This document shows positions 28,562 through 38,532 of a stretch of DNA of 64,000 bases, in pieces; the first letter of the stretch is position 1, and each line of letters starts with the position of its first letter. The stretch is from a virus (Duplodnaviria > Caudoviricetes). The notes beneath the pieces were generated by a model that was given only the letters and a program-made list of their open reading frames with translations, was not told where the DNA came from and made no database searches. Location of the stretch: positions 29,272-93,271 of the IMG/VR virus record IMGVR_UViG_3300033066_000581; one strand, 5' to 3'. Position numbers and translations under genes: made by a program.

Positions 28562-29113
28562 TTGAGCTTCAACGTCAACGAGATCAAATCTCAACTTACT
28601 TACGGTGGTGCTAGACCTACACAATTCTATGTGCAGTTTAGCAACCCCTCAGACTCGAGCGCCGATCTGAAGGTTCCCTTCATGGTCCAGGCTGCATCAA
28701 TCCCGCCGAGCACGTTGGGACAGATCAATGTTCCGTACTTCGGAAGAACGATCCCAGTCCCAGGTGATAGAACCTATTCGGCCTGGAACGTTAATGTCAT
28801 GAACGACGAGGATTTCCTCGTACGTAACTCCATTGAAAAGTGGTCTCATGACATCAATTCCCCAGAAGGAAATATCAGACGATTCCCCGGGGCTTCTGCA
28901 CTATTGACGCAAGGGACTGCCCTGGTTACCCAAATGGGGAAGAATGGCCAAGCGCTTAGAACCTATAAATTCCACGGAATTTGGCCTCAAGAAGTTGGAG
29001 AGATTCAACTAGCCTGGGATGCAACCGATCAAATTGAGTTGTTCCCGGTAACATTTGCATATGATTTCTGGACCGTGGTTCCTGGTCCAACTGGCGATGG
29101 TGGTGGGGAATAA
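28562..29113 (+). CDS. 19: Tail tube protein gp19
   Basis: GGARP..F, VP..GR...PGDR; TTG start with GGAG. Confidence 0.95.
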   Translation: MSFNVNEIKSQLTYGGARPTQFYVQFSNPSDSSADLKVPFMVQAASIPPSTLGQINVPYFGRTIPVPGDRTYSAWNVNVMNDEDFLVRNSIEKWSHDINSPEGNIRRFPGASALLTQGTALVTQMGKNGQALRTYKFHGIWPQEVGEIQLAWDATDQIELFPVTFAYDFWTVVPGPTGDGGGE

Positions 29114-29132
29114 CCTTCCCACCACTAATTTT
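29099..29132 (+). terminator. Hairpin at the end of gp19, possible terminator
   Basis: GTGGTGGG...CCCACCAC stem followed by TAATTTT. Confidence 0.45.
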
Positions 29133-29148
29133 ATGATAGGGTATTGAT

Positions 29149-30867
29149 TTGGCACAACTTTTTGGGTTTGAGATCTCCCGTATTTCCGATAAGGAAAAGG
29201 AAAAATTAGTTTCCTTTGTTCCTAAGCAGGAAGACGATGGTGCTACAACTATTCAAGCCGGGGGCGTGTATGGAACGTACGTAGACCTTGACGGGTCGAT
29301 TAAAAATGAAGCGGAACTAGTTACTAAGTATCGGGATGCTGCCCAGCAGCCAGAGATGGATATGGCCATTGATAACGTCATCAATGATGCTATCGTCCAA
29401 GAAGATGATAAGCCGATTGTCGAATTGGTTCTAGATGACGTTAAAGTTACTGCCAATATCAAGAAATTAATTCTGGATGAATTCCAAAATATTCTTAATC
29501 TGTTAGAATTCAACCAATATGCATATGAAATCTTCCGTAGATGGTATATTGATGGAAGACTATACTATCACGTAATCGTTGATAAGGATAACGTTGCTGA
29601 TGGGATTAAGGAGCTTCGTTACGTAGACTCCAGAAAAATGCGCAAGGTTGTAGAAACCCGTAAACGTAAGGTTAACACCAACGTTTCTGTGACAGAAACG
29701 TCATCAGAGTACTATATCTACTCTGATAGAGGGTTTAAGGGAAAATCATCCGGATATGGGGGTGGTAACACCACTCAGGGAAATACACTTCGCATTGCCA
29801 AGGACAGCATCGTCTTCGTTTCCTCTGGGTTAACCAATACCGAGGGAGACATGATCCTTTCGTATCTTCACAAGGCCCTGAAGGTCCTAAATCAGCTTAG
29901 AGCCCTTGAGGACTCGCTGATCATCTATCGTATCTCGAGAGCCCCAGAACGTCGAGTATTTTATATCGACGTCGGCAATTTGCCCAAAGCCAAGGCTGAA
30001 CAGTACGTCCAGAGCGTCATGGCCAACTTCAAAAACAAATTAGTCTACGATTCTGCGACCGGCGAAATCCGTGATGATCGCAAGTTCATGACCATGCTGG
30101 AGGATTTCTGGCTTCCGAGACGTGAAGGTGGTCGTGGAACTGAAATCACCACCCTACCTGGCGGGCAGAACCTCTCACAGATCGATGATATCGAGTATTT
30201 CCAACAGAACCTATACAAGGCTCTGAACGTTCCAATCTCTAGACTACAGCCTGAGTCGACCTTCTCCTTCGGTAGAGCTACCGAAATATCGCGAGATGAA
30301 GTAAAATTCTCCAAATTCATTACCCGGCTGCGTGGGAAATTCTCAGTTCTGTTCCTAAAGCTACTTGAAACTCAACTGATCCTTAAGAATATCATCACGT
30401 CTGAGGATTGGGAAGAGTTCAAGCACCAAATTAGATTTAAGTTTGCTACCGATAACTATTTTGACGAGCTCAAGGAAACTGAAGTTCTTCGTGATCGAAT
30501 TGCAATGCTTAGAGATGTTGATGATTATGCTGGAAAGTACTATTCACATAGTTGGATCCGTAGAACAGTTCTACGTCAAACTGAAGAAGAAATTGACGAG
30601 ATCGATAAAGAAATCAAAGAAGAGCTCGACAACGAACAGTATAATCCTCCAGCAGACATGTCTGGTGAGCCCGATGGTGGGGCCCCGGAGAACCCAGGGG
30701 TAGGTGATGGTGGATCGGGCTCGGATTCAAATGATCCAGGAAACCAGCAGATCGACCTATCTTCTGAACCCCCACAAATTCTAGGAAAATTGGCCAACAG
30801 ACAAGATGCAATAGGTCTCGCCGCCAAGCAAGAGATAGCATCAAGGCGTTCCGGAACAAAGTCTTAA
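29149..30867 (+). CDS. 20: Portal protein gp20
   Basis: IYRISRAPERRVFYIDVGN, EDFWLPRREGGRGTEI.TLPGG. Confidence 0.97.
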   Translation: MAQLFGFEISRISDKEKEKLVSFVPKQEDDGATTIQAGGVYGTYVDLDGSIKNEAELVTKYRDAAQQPEMDMAIDNVINDAIVQEDDKPIVELVLDDVKVTANIKKLILDEFQNILNLLEFNQYAYEIFRRWYIDGRLYYHVIVDKDNVADGIKELRYVDSRKMRKVVETRKRKVNTNVSVTETSSEYYIYSDRGFKGKSSGYGGGNTTQGNTLRIAKDSIVFVSSGLTNTEGDMILSYLHKALKVLNQLRALEDSLIIYRISRAPERRVFYIDVGNLPKAKAEQYVQSVMANFKNKLVYDSATGEIRDDRKFMTMLEDFWLPRREGGRGTEITTLPGGQNLSQIDDIEYFQQNLYKALNVPISRLQPESTFSFGRATEISRDEVKFSKFITRLRGKFSVLFLKLLETQLILKNIITSEDWEEFKHQIRFKFATDNYFDELKETEVLRDRIAMLRDVDDYAGKYYSHSWIRRTVLRQTEEEIDEIDKEIKEELDNEQYNPPADMSGEPDGGAPENPGVGDGGSGSDSNDPGNQQIDLSSEPPQILGKLANRQDAIGLAAKQEIASRRSGTKS

Positions 30868-30870
30868 TAG

Positions 30871-30878
30871 TATAAATA
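30871..30878 (+). promoter_or_regulatory. Late promoter TATAAATA
   Basis: Exact consensus. Confidence 0.85.
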
Positions 30879-30903
30879 CTACATAATATTCTAGGAGAAG
30901 CAT

Positions 30904-31206
30904 ATGACCTACCAAATTTCAGATCTGATTGTAGAATCATTGAATGATTCGCCAGTTGATGTTGAGAAAATCTTCGATGAACTAATGGAAGATCGTATCG
31001 CCGAAGCCATTCTTCTACGTAAGCAAACCCTGGCTAGCGCGCTAGTTTCTGAGTCTGCTGAACCAGATGAAGATGAAGATGATGACGTCGAATTTGACGA
31101 TACCGACTTTGATGTTGACGATGACGACGATACAGACTTTGGTGAGATCGATCTCGATGACATCGACTTTGACGACATCGAAGGGTTCGATGAAGATGAC
31201 GACTAA
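30904..31206 (+). CDS. Acidic prohead core protein (gp67-like position)
   Basis: D/E-rich tail; follows gp20 and a late promoter. Confidence 0.65.
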   Translation: MTYQISDLIVESLNDSPVDVEKIFDELMEDRIAEAILLRKQTLASALVSESAEPDEDEDDDVEFDDTDFDVDDDDDTDFGEIDLDDIDFDDIEGFDEDDD

Positions 31207-31972
31207 GACTCCAGACGAAGAAAAGAAATTCGTCAAGGTTAACGACCCAAGTCTAAAGCACCGCCTGAAGCACGTGATCGTTAAACACCCAGACCGCAAC
31301 GGTAACGGCGATGACGTATTCAATGCTGCAAACATCAAAACTATCGATAGAGCCAAGGAACGACATGGATATAATCCAGGCGAAGATGCTGAGATCTACG
31401 AAGATGACTCGGGAGAAGAAGCTGTGACAGAACAGACCCCCATCAACGAACTTTCAAAGCCTTTGCTAGGACGTTACATCAAAAGAGCCACAACAGATGT
31501 AGCCTTCCATGCCAATATGGCCGGCAAGAGCAAAACCAAGGCTGCCGTTGGCCACAATCGAGAACGCGTCGGGGCTAGAGCAATTGGAATTTCTAAGGCT
31601 ACTGACCGTTTAACCAAAGAAGACCTTGACGAAGCGCTCCAAGAGGCCTATGACTCTGGGTTTGTTGGTGCTGTTAACCACCATACCCCTGAAGGTAAGG
31701 CCAAGATCAAGCAAATTCAAAACATGGTCAAGGACCACAACAAGAAGATGCGGGCTGAAGGAAAGCATCATGAGCAACTCAAAGTGGCTGCTTACGGGCG
31801 TCTAGGAAAGAACAACCCCAACGCAGCGAAATATTCTCCGAACAACGAAAAGAGAATTGCGGCCGGCGGGAACAAGAATAACAGACCGCCAAAGATCTCT
31901 CCGCAGGATGCATCGCATGTTCGCATCCACGTCACAAAGAAACGAAAAAATTGGGAAGGAAAGTGGGTCTAA
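31190..31972 (+). CDS. Hypothetical head-associated protein
   Basis: Within the head operon; INELS..L..Y motif. Confidence 0.7.
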   Translation: MKMTTKTPDEEKKFVKVNDPSLKHRLKHVIVKHPDRNGNGDDVFNAANIKTIDRAKERHGYNPGEDAEIYEDDSGEEAVTEQTPINELSKPLLGRYIKRATTDVAFHANMAGKSKTKAAVGHNRERVGARAIGISKATDRLTKEDLDEALQEAYDSGFVGAVNHHTPEGKAKIKQIQNMVKDHNKKMRAEGKHHEQLKVAAYGRLGKNNPNAAKYSPNNEKRIAAGGNKNNRPPKISPQDASHVRIHVTKKRKNWEGKWV

Positions 31973-32538
31973 TGGCTATCACAACAGAACACAAAGCAAT
32001 CATGGAACAGTTGATCACAGAGCTTTCTGATGATACTCTGAAGTCATATCAAAAGAAGGCTAAAGCTCAGGTAGATGCTCTAGGGCACAAGCGCGGACCA
32101 AAGTCTAAAGCTGAAAAGGCAACTATTAGTAAAAGACAGGCTGGGTCATATAAGGCTACTAAAACCATTGGTGACCGAGCTGCTGTAGCATACGAAAAGC
32201 GCAGTGCAGACAATACTAAAGCCTTTCATGAAGCAATTCACGACAGTCTGGCAGCACATGGGTTTAAGCACGCAAACGAAGGACCCAAACATGACGTTTG
32301 GGTGAAACACCACAAGTCGGGCGTTTCAATCTTCGCAAAGCATAAACACCCATCTGATCATCACCGCGACGGTGAACTTTCAATGATTTCTTCTGATGGA
32401 CATTCAACCCACGTTCAAAGACCATGGGGGTTGAATAAACCAACAGAAGCAGTAAAGACCGACACGCATGACGAAATTAAGAAATTCCACGATCGCGTCA
32501 TCAAAGACAGAACCGAAGATAACGAGTACGGTAGATAA
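31972..32538 (+). CDS. Hypothetical His/Lys-rich head-associated protein
   Basis: TAATG coupling; ITELS..L..Y motif. Confidence 0.7.
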   Translation: MAITTEHKAIMEQLITELSDDTLKSYQKKAKAQVDALGHKRGPKSKAEKATISKRQAGSYKATKTIGDRAAVAYEKRSADNTKAFHEAIHDSLAAHGFKHANEGPKHDVWVKHHKSGVSIFAKHKHPSDHHRDGELSMISSDGHSTHVQRPWGLNKPTEAVKTDTHDEIKKFHDRVIKDRTEDNEYGR

Positions 32539-32541
32539 TTC

Positions 32542-32934
32542 ATGGCATATACAATCACATCCAACAAGAAAAACGCATCGATAGTTATTCACGCTTCAGC
32601 GAATTCTGGAAATGTGATCGTTGTCGGTAATTCAACTGTATCCAATATCGCATCTGGCAATGAGATTGTCACTGGGGCATACATTTCTCAGATCATTGCG
32701 GGTTCTCCATCTGGCAACGCGGCGTATTGGGTCATCAAACGCGGAGCCAACGTAGTGTCAGTCGTAGATTCATCAACGATGATCGACTATGCTGGATCTG
32801 GAATGAGTCTTAATGTCGATGCTGCTGCAAATGTTGTGATAGAACTCGTCGGAGCCACGAACGGAGCCATCATGATTGAACTCCAGAAGCAAACCAGTAC
32901 CTCAGATTACTACACTCAACCATTGGTGCCATAA
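32542..32934 (+). CDS. Hypothetical structural protein
   Basis: Coupled to gp21 (TAATG). Confidence 0.75.
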   Translation: MAYTITSNKKNASIVIHASANSGNVIVVGNSTVSNIASGNEIVTGAYISQIIAGSPSGNAAYWVIKRGANVVSVVDSSTMIDYAGSGMSLNVDAAANVVIELVGATNGAIMIELQKQTSTSDYYTQPLVP

Positions 32935-33614
32935 TGAAGCTGATCACTGAAACTATCGAGAACGTAGGCGTAATTGAAGAGGCTGTTGATAGTACAGGCA
33001 AGAAGAGCCTGTTTATTGAAGGCGTATTCCTACAGGCCGGAGTAAAGAACCGCAACGGCAGAATTTATCCTCCGGAGATCCTCTCTAGAGAAGTTAACCG
33101 ATACGTTACTGAGAATATTAATCCAGGCCGAGCTTACGGTGAACTTGGACACCCAGCTGGCCCAACTATCAATCTCGATCGCGTCTCCCACATGATCAAA
33201 TCGATCAAGCAGGAAGGCAACAATTTTATTGGTAAGGCCAAGATCCTTGATACCCCGATGGGGAACATCGTTCGCAACCTAATCGCTGAAGGCGCCCAAT
33301 TGGGAGTTTCTTCGCGTGGTATGGGTACACTAAAGATGAATAGTCAAGGCATCAACGAAGTCCAAAACGATTTCCATATTGCCACCGCTGCCGATATCGT
33401 TGCTGATCCTTCGGCTCCTGATGCGTTTGTGAACGGGATTATGGAATCAAAGGAATGGGTATGGAGTAATGGCCAGTTCATTCCAGCAAAACTAGAAGAA
33501 ATTAGAGAAGATATTGAAACTGCAGCTAGATCTCGTCAATTAACCGAGCAAGCCAAGTTCAAGGCCTTCACTAAGTTTATTCAAAACATCTCAAATTCAC
33601 AATCTTATAAATAA
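32934..33614 (+). CDS. 21: Prohead protease gp21
   Basis: MKLITE, GELGHP, GVSSRG.G, DIV.DPSAPDA. Confidence 0.96.
   Translation: MKLITETIENVGVIEEAVDSTGKKSLFIEGVFLQAGVKNRNGRIYPPEILSREVNRYVTENINPGRAYGELGHPAGPTINLDRVSHMIKSIKQEGNNFIGKAKILDTPMGNIVRNLIAEGAQLGVSSRGMGTLKMNSQGINEVQNDFHIATAADIVADPSAPDAFVNGIMESKEWVWSNGQFIPAKLEEIREDIETAARSRQLTEQAKFKAFTKFIQNISNSQSYK
33606..33613 (+). promoter_or_regulatory. Late promoter TATAAATA (gene 22)
   Basis: Exact consensus. Confidence 0.85.
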
Positions 33615-33639
33615 TTCAAAACCTAAGGAGTCTCAGATA

Positions 33640-34608
33640 ATGGCCGTTAACGAAACAGTGGAACTTGACGAAACTGCAGCTGCAGATACTCTGAAGCCAG
33701 GCAGCAAGACCGAGCTACTTCAGAACGCTCTTTCAAAGATGGCCGGAATGTCATCTGAAGATTTGTCACATTTCCTAAATGATTCTCTGGCACAAGTCGG
33801 AAATTCATCGGCCGGCGTGCCTGAAGGCGCTGCAGCAAAGAACAAGGCTTCTATCGCAATGAAGGAGTCTATCAAGGAAGACATTGACAGCATGTTTGGT
33901 GAGGATCTCTCTGAGGACCTTAAGGACAGAGCCACAATGATCTTCGAAGCAGCCGTCAGTGCTCAAGTCGAAATTGGTCTGGCCTCTCTAGCAGAAGAAT
34001 TCCAAGAAGCCCTGGATGAAGAACTAGAAAATCAAGCAGCTGAGCTTGTTGAGAAGGTAGATCGCTATCTTTCGTACGTCACTGAACAGTGGATGGAAAA
34101 GAACGAAGTAGCCATCAACGGTGCACTACGTCTTGAAATTGCTGAGGACTTCATCGGTGGTCTGAAAACCCTATTTGAAGATCATTATATCGACGTTCCT
34201 GACGACAAGTACGACGTGGTTGATGAACTAACCCAAACCGTCGAAGATCTTGAAGCCCGCCTGAACGAAAGTACTGCTCTAGCACTAGAGCTCATCGCTG
34301 AAAGAGAAGATCGTATCTCTAGTGATATCGTTCTAGAAGTTGCTGAAGGTCTTTCTGCAACTCAGGTTGAAAAGCTGAAGACTCTGTCTGAAGGTGTATC
34401 GTTCGACACCGAAGATGATTTCCGCAATAAAGTTCAAACCCTGCGCGAAAGTCTAATCGAAAAGAAGCCAGTCGCCGGTAAAACAGGTCTAATTGTCGAA
34501 GAATCTGCTGGTAAGACAGTAGATGAGCTTGATGAAGAAGATAAGAAAGTAATCAGCCCTCAAATGAGACGTTATGCTGATGCTATTTCTAGAACAGTTG
34601 CCCACTAA
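33640..34608 (+). CDS. 22: Prohead scaffold gp22
   Basis: IFEAAV, YL.YV.E.W, F..GLK.LF.DHY. Confidence 0.92.
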   Translation: MAVNETVELDETAAADTLKPGSKTELLQNALSKMAGMSSEDLSHFLNDSLAQVGNSSAGVPEGAAAKNKASIAMKESIKEDIDSMFGEDLSEDLKDRATMIFEAAVSAQVEIGLASLAEEFQEALDEELENQAAELVEKVDRYLSYVTEQWMEKNEVAINGALRLEIAEDFIGGLKTLFEDHYIDVPDDKYDVVDELTQTVEDLEARLNESTALALELIAEREDRISSDIVLEVAEGLSATQVEKLKTLSEGVSFDTEDDFRNKVQTLRESLIEKKPVAGKTGLIVEESAGKTVDELDEEDKKVISPQMRRYADAISRTVAH

Positions 34609-34627
34609 TACTTCAAAACTACAAACT

Positions 34628-34635
34628 TATAAATA
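34628..34635 (+). promoter_or_regulatory. Late promoter TATAAATA (gene 23)
   Basis: Exact consensus. Confidence 0.88.
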
Positions 34636-34663
34636 AAACAAAAGCCTAAACAGGGAGAAAACA

Positions 34664-36013
34664 ATGAGCCAAGCGTATGATGCCGAACAGATTCTAGGTA
34701 AGTGGGGAGACATTCTAGATCACAATGACCTAGCTCCTATTAAGGATCGTCAGCGCCGTCTTACAACTGCCACTCTTTTGGAAAACACTGAAAGAGAAAT
34801 GGGAGTAGCCGAAGGTGCTTCTCCTGGGTCAAGTGCACTTCTAACCGAAAGCGCTCCTACGAACGCTACCGGCGCAGGTATTGCCAACTTCGACCCACTT
34901 CTAATCTCCCTGGTACGTCGTACAGCACCTAACCTGATGGCCTATGACATCTGTGGTGTGCAGCCGATGACTGGTCCAACTGGCCTGATCTTCGCAATGC
35001 GTTCACGCTACTCGAACCAAACTGGCACTGAGACCTTCTACAACGAAGTGAACACTGCCTTCTCGTCTGGTCGTTCTGGTGCTAATACCATCGGCAACAA
35101 GCATATCGGTACGGTTCCTGGTAACACAGCCCAAACCACAGTGCTGGCCAACGCATCACTCTATAACTACTCAACCGGTGTGGCAACAGCCAACCTGGAA
35201 GGTGGTACAACAGGCAACCCCAATACGTACCCTGCAATGGGCTTCAGCATCGAGAAGGTTACAGCAACAGCTGTTGGCCGTGCACTAAAGGCTGAATGGT
35301 CAATCGAGCTAGCTCAAGACCTTAAGGCTGTCCATGGTCTGGATGCTGAGACTGAACTCTCAAACATCCTTTCTGGTGAAATTATCGCCGAAATCAACCG
35401 TGAAGTTGTTCGTTCAATCAACGTGACAGCTGTCCGCGGTGCTTCTGAAGGTACAACTACTGCAGGTATCTTCGACCTGGACACCGACTCAAACGGCCGT
35501 TGGTCAGTTGAGAAGTTCAAGGGTCTCATGTTCCAAGTTGAACGTGAAGCTAACAAGATCGCCCAACAAACACGTCGTGGTCGTGGTAACCTGATCATCT
35601 GTTCGTCTGATGTGGCTTCTGCCCTTCAAATGGCCGGTGTTCTGGATTATACCCCAGCCCTAGACAAGAACGGCAACCTGACTGTCGACGATACTGGTAA
35701 CACGTTTGCCGGCATCCTAAACGGTAAGTATAAGGTCTACATTGATCCATATGCTGGTGGCAACTATCTGGTTGTTGGCTACAAGGGAACTAACGCCTTC
35801 GATGCTGGTCTGTTCTATTGCCCGTACGTGCCGCTACAAACACTACGAGCCGTGGATCCCGACACGTTCCAACCTAAGATGGCCTTGAAGACCAGATATG
35901 CAATGGTGCCTAATCCATTCGCCAAGGGATCAACCACACCAGATACATCTGGCGCCCTTGAAGAAGATACCAACGTGTATTACCGCAGACTAATTGTCCA
36001 AAATATCATGTAG
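34664..36013 (+). CDS. 23: Major capsid protein gp23
   Basis: GVQPMTGPTGLIFAMRS, ELAQDLKAVHGLDAE.EL, FYCPYVPL. Confidence 0.98.
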   Translation: MSQAYDAEQILGKWGDILDHNDLAPIKDRQRRLTTATLLENTEREMGVAEGASPGSSALLTESAPTNATGAGIANFDPLLISLVRRTAPNLMAYDICGVQPMTGPTGLIFAMRSRYSNQTGTETFYNEVNTAFSSGRSGANTIGNKHIGTVPGNTAQTTVLANASLYNYSTGVATANLEGGTTGNPNTYPAMGFSIEKVTATAVGRALKAEWSIELAQDLKAVHGLDAETELSNILSGEIIAEINREVVRSINVTAVRGASEGTTTAGIFDLDTDSNGRWSVEKFKGLMFQVEREANKIAQQTRRGRGNLIICSSDVASALQMAGVLDYTPALDKNGNLTVDDTGNTFAGILNGKYKVYIDPYAGGNYLVVGYKGTNAFDAGLFYCPYVPLQTLRAVDPDTFQPKMALKTRYAMVPNPFAKGSTTPDTSGALEEDTNVYYRRLIVQNIM

Positions 36014-36054
36014 TCTGCTAACAAAATCAATCACTTAGATTGATAAGTTAAATT

Positions 36055-36078
36055 GAAGGCCTTCGGGCCTTCTTTTTT
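36055..36078 (+). terminator. Rho-independent terminator with UUCG loop
   Basis: GAAGGCC-TTCG-GGCCTTC-TTTTTT. Confidence 0.92.
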
Positions 36079-36117
36079 ATGATCTAGTTTCCAACCCAAG
36101 AACTCATATATAGAACC

Positions 36118-37473
36118 ATGAGCATCAAATTAGCACTCCCACCCAAGGCCGAATTGGTCGACCTTTATGAATCTATGTCAATATCCCAATTGGCTAAACA
36201 CTATGCTACGTCCAGGCCTACAGTAAAATCCTGGATGGCTGAGTATGATATCACCAAGCGTGATCAAAAAACAGCTGCCATCTTATCAAACACGAAGAAA
36301 CGTCTGAACATTCCAGGCAAGGAAACATTCCAGAAGCTATACCTTGCCAACACGGAAAAAGATCTCCAACACATCTACAACGTAGGCCAAGAGACCATAC
36401 ACCATTGGATAGAAGTTTTGGATATACAAAAGAGATCTTTAGGTGAAGCCGTAAAGTTTGCAAAGGAAAGGGCTTGGAATAATAGAATTCCCACCAAAGA
36501 AGAACTGACAACCGTATACGATGACTATAGGCATCTAGGTCTAACAGCTAATCATTTTGGGCTATGTTCTTCATCAATTAGAAAATTACTAACCGAATAC
36601 GAAATTCCTACACACATTCCATGGAGATTTGTTGGTGAACAACAAATCCTGGAGTTTTGCCAACAAATAAGACCTGATTTAACCTGGATTGCTAATGACA
36701 AACGGCTGATCAACCCATACGAACTGGATATCGTTTGTCATGAGCTGAAGTTGGCCATCGAATATTGTGGCATCTATTGGCATTCAGAGATCTCCGGCAC
36801 GAAGAGTTCGACATACCACCAAAAGAAGATGCTAGCCTGTAAGGACAAAGGATATCAGCTAATCACCATCTACGAAAGCGATGACCTAGATCAGATGAAG
36901 TCGATCCTATCAGTGAAGCTTGGTCTGGCAACCAAGGTGCATGCTAGGAAAACTAGAGTCTCTAAAATTTCGCCTGAAGAATACCGTGCGTTCAACCTGG
37001 CCCACCATAGACAAAAACACACTCCAGCTAGTGTTTATCTTGGGTTATATCATGAAGGCGAATTGACACAAACCATTTCATTTGCCAAACCTCGGTATAA
37101 CAAGGCCTTCGATTGGGAATGTATCCGGATGACAACCAAGTCTGGGATTGTCGTTGTCGGGGGTGCATCCAAACTATGGAAACATTTCATGGTCGGGTGG
37201 CCAGGGTCGATCATTACGTATGCAGATGCTAGGTTTGGGTCTGGTGAGATATATGAAAAATGTGGGTTGGTGTTCTCCGGGCTTACTAACCCCAACTACA
37301 AATATTTCCACACGAAGAACCGGATGGAGCTCAAGTCTAGACAACAGTTCCAAAAACACAAATTGGCCAGTCTTCCGATATTCGACCAGACTATGACTGA
37401 ATGGGAAATCATGAAGGCTAATGGTTACGATAGGATCTGGGATTGTGGAAATTTCATCTATATGACTAGATAA
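36118..37473 (+). mobile_element. Hef-like homing endonuclease
   Basis: Repeated HTH-like units, then ELDI...KLAIEYCG.YWHS and C-terminal RIWDCG. Confidence 0.8.
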
Positions 37474-37499
37474 ATAGACCACCACCAACACGGAGTATA

Positions 37500-38012
37500 A
37501 TGATGTCTGAGATCCTGCCTGATACAGTGAACCTTCTGTCTCCACTGAATTTCATATTCACGATCAAGAAGACTCCGAACGTTAATTACCATTGCCAGTC
37601 AGTTAACGTTCCAGGGATCTCTATGGGAAATGCAGATCAACCCAACCCGTACGTGAACGTTCCGGTTCCAGGTGATCACATCCAATTTGGTGACCTGAAT
37701 ATCGAATTCAAAATCGATGAAAACATGGCCAATTATCTAGAAATTTTCGATTGGATTAAAGGGATTGGATTTCCGGATACCAATCAGCAGTATGTAGATC
37801 TAATTGCCCGGTATCGGGGTGAGGGTGTTCTCTCAGATGCTACCTGCTTAATCTTGAACTCAGCTAAAAACCCCAACGTAAGAATAGACTATATCGATAT
37901 ATTCCCAGTAAGCCTATCTGACATATACCTTGATACCAGGGAAACTGACGTTAACGTTGCTGTGGCCAGCGCTACCTTCAAGATCTCGTCATTTAATATT
38001 ACGAAACTCTAA
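37500..38012 (+). CDS. 3: Tail tube terminator gp3-like
   Basis: N.LSP..F.F, PGD...FG.L...F..DE.M.NY. Confidence 0.85.
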   Translation: MMSEILPDTVNLLSPLNFIFTIKKTPNVNYHCQSVNVPGISMGNADQPNPYVNVPVPGDHIQFGDLNIEFKIDENMANYLEIFDWIKGIGFPDTNQQYVDLIARYRGEGVLSDATCLILNSAKNPNVRIDYIDIFPVSLSDIYLDTRETDVNVAVASATFKISSFNITKL

Positions 38013-38032
38013 TCCCAAATCAACATTTTGTT

Positions 38033-38062
38033 ATGTACAAAGCCCCCAAAGGGCTGTATAAT
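38033..38062 (+). promoter_or_regulatory. Early-type promoter ATGTAC-N18-TATAAT before uvsY
   Basis: Variant of the repeated motif. Confidence 0.7.
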
Positions 38063-38097
38063 AGTACTTATCTGTCTATAAGTTATAGGTGTTCTCT

Positions 38098-38532
38098 GTG
38101 AAGCTTGATGATATTCTGTCTCTATGGCAAGATGATTGTAAGATTGATCCTACAGATTTGGGTAACGAATCATTAAGTACTTCCCAGTTACACCACAAAT
38201 ACCTAAAGATGCATAGTGGTGAAAACCTTCTCCTAAGGAAGAAGAAGGAAGATCTGAAACGGTTGAGGCTTGATAAGGCTGAATTCTACTTCCAAGGCCC
38301 ACACGAACAAACACCAAAACACTGGAAGCTTCCGGCTATTGGTCGTATCATCAAATCAGAGATCCCCACGTACGTTGAGGCTGATGAGGATATAATTCAT
38401 GCTACACTAGATCTAGCCCTACAGCAGGAGAAGGTGGATGTTCTCGAATCTATCATCAAGGTGATCACCAATCGTGGGTGGCAGATAAGTAATGCCATCA
38501 ATTGGTTCAAGTTCCAGGCAGGTGAAAGATGA
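38098..38532 (+). CDS. uvsY: Recombination mediator UvsY
   Basis: W..D..ID...LH.KYL...RGW.I.NAI.W.KF.AG. Confidence 0.92.
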   Translation: MKLDDILSLWQDDCKIDPTDLGNESLSTSQLHHKYLKMHSGENLLLRKKKEDLKRLRLDKAEFYFQGPHEQTPKHWKLPAIGRIIKSEIPTYVEADEDIIHATLDLALQQEKVDVLESIIKVITNRGWQISNAINWFKFQAGER

